This document shows, piece after piece, positions 62,399 through 64,000 of a stretch of 64,000 nucleotides of DNA. The notes beneath the pieces are model-generated. The model did not search any database. It saw only the letters and a list, made by a program, of their open reading frames with translations, and had not been told where the DNA came from. Position numbers and translations under genes: made by a program. The stretch's first letter is position 1, and every line of letters begins with the position of its first letter. Source of the DNA: Candidatus Latescibacterota bacterium (GTDB taxonomy: Bacteria > Latescibacterota > UBA2968); the NCBI GenBank assembly GCA_965207885.1, contig OZ242311.1, positions 5,984,001 to 6,048,000 of the forward strand. The letters run 5' to 3'.

Positions 62399-62626
62399 TT
62401 ATGACTCAACGGATTCCTCTAAATCGCCTGCCTTGAGTGCTTCATATTCGCGCAAGTCGTCCTCAAGGTCGGCAAGCTGGCTCTGGATTGCTTCCTTTCT
62501 TGCTTTGAGCAATAGCGGATGGATGCCTGAAGATTCAGCTACTTCCTTCTCCAGTTCCCGCAAAGCTTGTGAGAAACGATCAGCCTGAGCGCTGGTTATT
62601 TTGTACTGGTGCTCGTTTTTGATCAT
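62399..62626 (-). pseudogene. N-terminal fragment of an XRE-type regulator/antitoxin, HTH missing
   Basis: MIKNEHQYKIT...SQLADLEDDLREYEAL resembles the N-terminus of HTH antitoxins but stops before the HTH. Confidence 0.5.
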
Positions 62627-62656
62627 GTAATTCAGTTCGCCCTATTAGCATCGCAC

Positions 62657-62878
62657 TCAGGCTCTAATTTCACCGAGTGCGATGTCTTCGATGATGACCT
62701 GTTTGAATATCTCTGGATCATCTAGCCGCTTCATGGCGTCGAGAATTTCAATGCCCGCGAGGCGGTCTTCCTCATCGTAATCCAGCGCAATCCCGTCTTC
62801 GAGATGTTTCGTTGTCACTGTTGTTTCTTTGAAGCAAATGTACAGTGCATCCACCTCTCGATCATAAGATATTTTCAT
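62657..62878 (-). CDS. DUF2283 domain protein
   Basis: MKISYDREVDALYI...DYDEEDRLAGIEILDA. Confidence 0.88.
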   Translation of the reverse strand: MKISYDREVDALYICFKETTVTTKHLEDGIALDYDEEDRLAGIEILDAMKRLDDPEIFKQVIIEDIALGEIRA

Positions 62879-62919
62879 TGTTATTTTCTCAAAAAATCGA
62901 AGTTCGCAGGCGGTTGTTT

Positions 62920-63225
62920 TCAAGCAGGCTGATAGCGTTTGACTTCTATCTCATCAGCCCGCGCCCGCATTTGCGCGGCGTCGTACCACGCCTGCATTCG
63001 CAACAGTGTGTCCATGCTGATGCCAAAGGCTTTCTCAATACGCAGCGCCATCTCCGCAGATAGGGTCGCGCTGCTATTCAACAGGTCAGAAAGAGTGTCC
63101 TGAGGAACGCCCAGAATCTCAGCTACATCTGCGACGCTTAATCCCAACTCCTCGACGATTTCCGTGCGGATGAAATCGCCGGGATGCGAAGGCGTCATAG
63201 TTATCTTAATGCCGTTGTCAGCCAT
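62920..63225 (-). CDS. higA: HigA/VapI-type antitoxin
   Basis: HPGDFI, LSAEMALRIEKAFG, LLRMQAWYD. Confidence 0.88.
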   Translation of the reverse strand: MADNGIKITMTPSHPGDFIRTEIVEELGLSVADVAEILGVPQDTLSDLLNSSATLSAEMALRIEKAFGISMDTLLRMQAWYDAAQMRARADEIEVKRYQPA

Positions 63226-63360
63226 TAGTGATAATCTTTCAAGTGTAATAAAAATCCCGCGCTGGAATGACCAGACGGGATTTTTGTAATGTACGCCAGT
63301 GTTTGGAACAAAAAACAAATTACGTCCTGATTTCGCCACTTGTACAACACCTGCCATTGT

Positions 63361-63579
63361 TTATCCGAGTTTAACCAGAATCAGCATTCCAAGTGTTACA
63401 ATCGTGGTGACCTGGATGCCGACCAGCCAACGAAAGTCTGTTCTGGCTGCTTGTTGAATTTGCTCAACGCGATTCTCAAGGCTTGTCAAGCGCGTGCTGA
63501 TTTGCTCAACAATGCCTTCAATACGGCTCAAGCGGGCGTCAAATTCTGCCAGCTTGTCTTGTGGTGTCGGAACCTGCAT
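63361..63579 (-). CDS. Small coiled-coil protein with C-terminal TM helix
   Basis: Heptads RLSRIEG..RLTSLENRVE, then FRWLVGIQVTTIVTLG. Confidence 0.7.
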   Translation of the reverse strand: MQVPTPQDKLAEFDARLSRIEGIVEQISTRLTSLENRVEQIQQAARTDFRWLVGIQVTTIVTLGMLILVKLG

Positions 63580-63657
63580 GGAAAACGCTTTCCTGAATTT
63601 GGTAAGGGATTAGCAGACCTATCAGTAGCCACTGATTCTGAGCATTCATTTTTTCAC

Positions 63658-64000
63658 TTTCCTGTAGGAAGCCACGTCCTTTGGGCGTGGTCAGAGATAG
63701 TTGGCTTTGCCGTTAAGCCGTTTTGTGGGTATATTTCGCAGGTGCTATCGTAGCGCACACAAAGGCACTCTCTTTGAGAGTAAACGGTTTCGGTGTGGGA
63801 GAGCACACAAAACCCTCTCTGTGATGTTAGTTGAGAGGCAGATTTGGCAACAACAGCGGTATGGATTGCGGTTGTGTTGTCGTCAAATCTGATGGGCATA
63901 GTTAGGGGCCTGACCTCCCAAACCTGCGGTAGCAATCCGCTGCTGTCAACTGCCCTGAAGTCTCGCCACGCAGTGAGCGGTTTAAACCTAAGCCCTTGCT
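63658..64000 (+). mobile_element. Second IS200/IS605-like mini-element, probably running off the window
   Basis: End hairpin GAAGCCACGTCCTTTGGGCGTGG; TTGCCG-17-TATATT (63707-63735); structured non-coding body; ends in AAGCCCTTGCT. Confidence 0.55.

Overview
Bacterial chromosomal window, mostly housekeeping and metabolic genes. The gene content (GWxTD-like TPR proteins, twin EF-hand/dockerin-like modules, a PL8 lyase, a PhyH dioxygenase, an S55 protease) suggests a marine, possibly host-associated FCB-group or Latescibacterota-like organism; that placement is inference only. The main block is a minus-strand Na+ bioenergetics cluster (nqrABCDEF, apbE, nqrM-like, then a mrpEFG-B-C-D-D-D antiporter operon). 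Other genes include rlmH, udk, rsmD, fused glyQS, pyrB, an Fe3+-type ABC transporter and a terminal cluster of orphan antitoxin-like genes. The strongest observations missed by the ORF track are: (1) a 91-codon DUF5069-like gene (50558-50833, minus) with an in-frame TGA at a probable Cys position followed by a SECIS-like hairpin, i.e. a candidate selenoprotein; (2) a cluster of promoter-hairpin-terminator small RNAs at 35.2-35.6 kb with mutually complementary loops; (3) two protein-free IS200/IS605-like mini-elements that appear to keep only a promoter and an omegaRNA-sized structured RNA; (4) an M16 peptidase with an internal TM helix plus a second signal-peptide-like segment. All RNA and family calls are by eye and have not been searched against databases.
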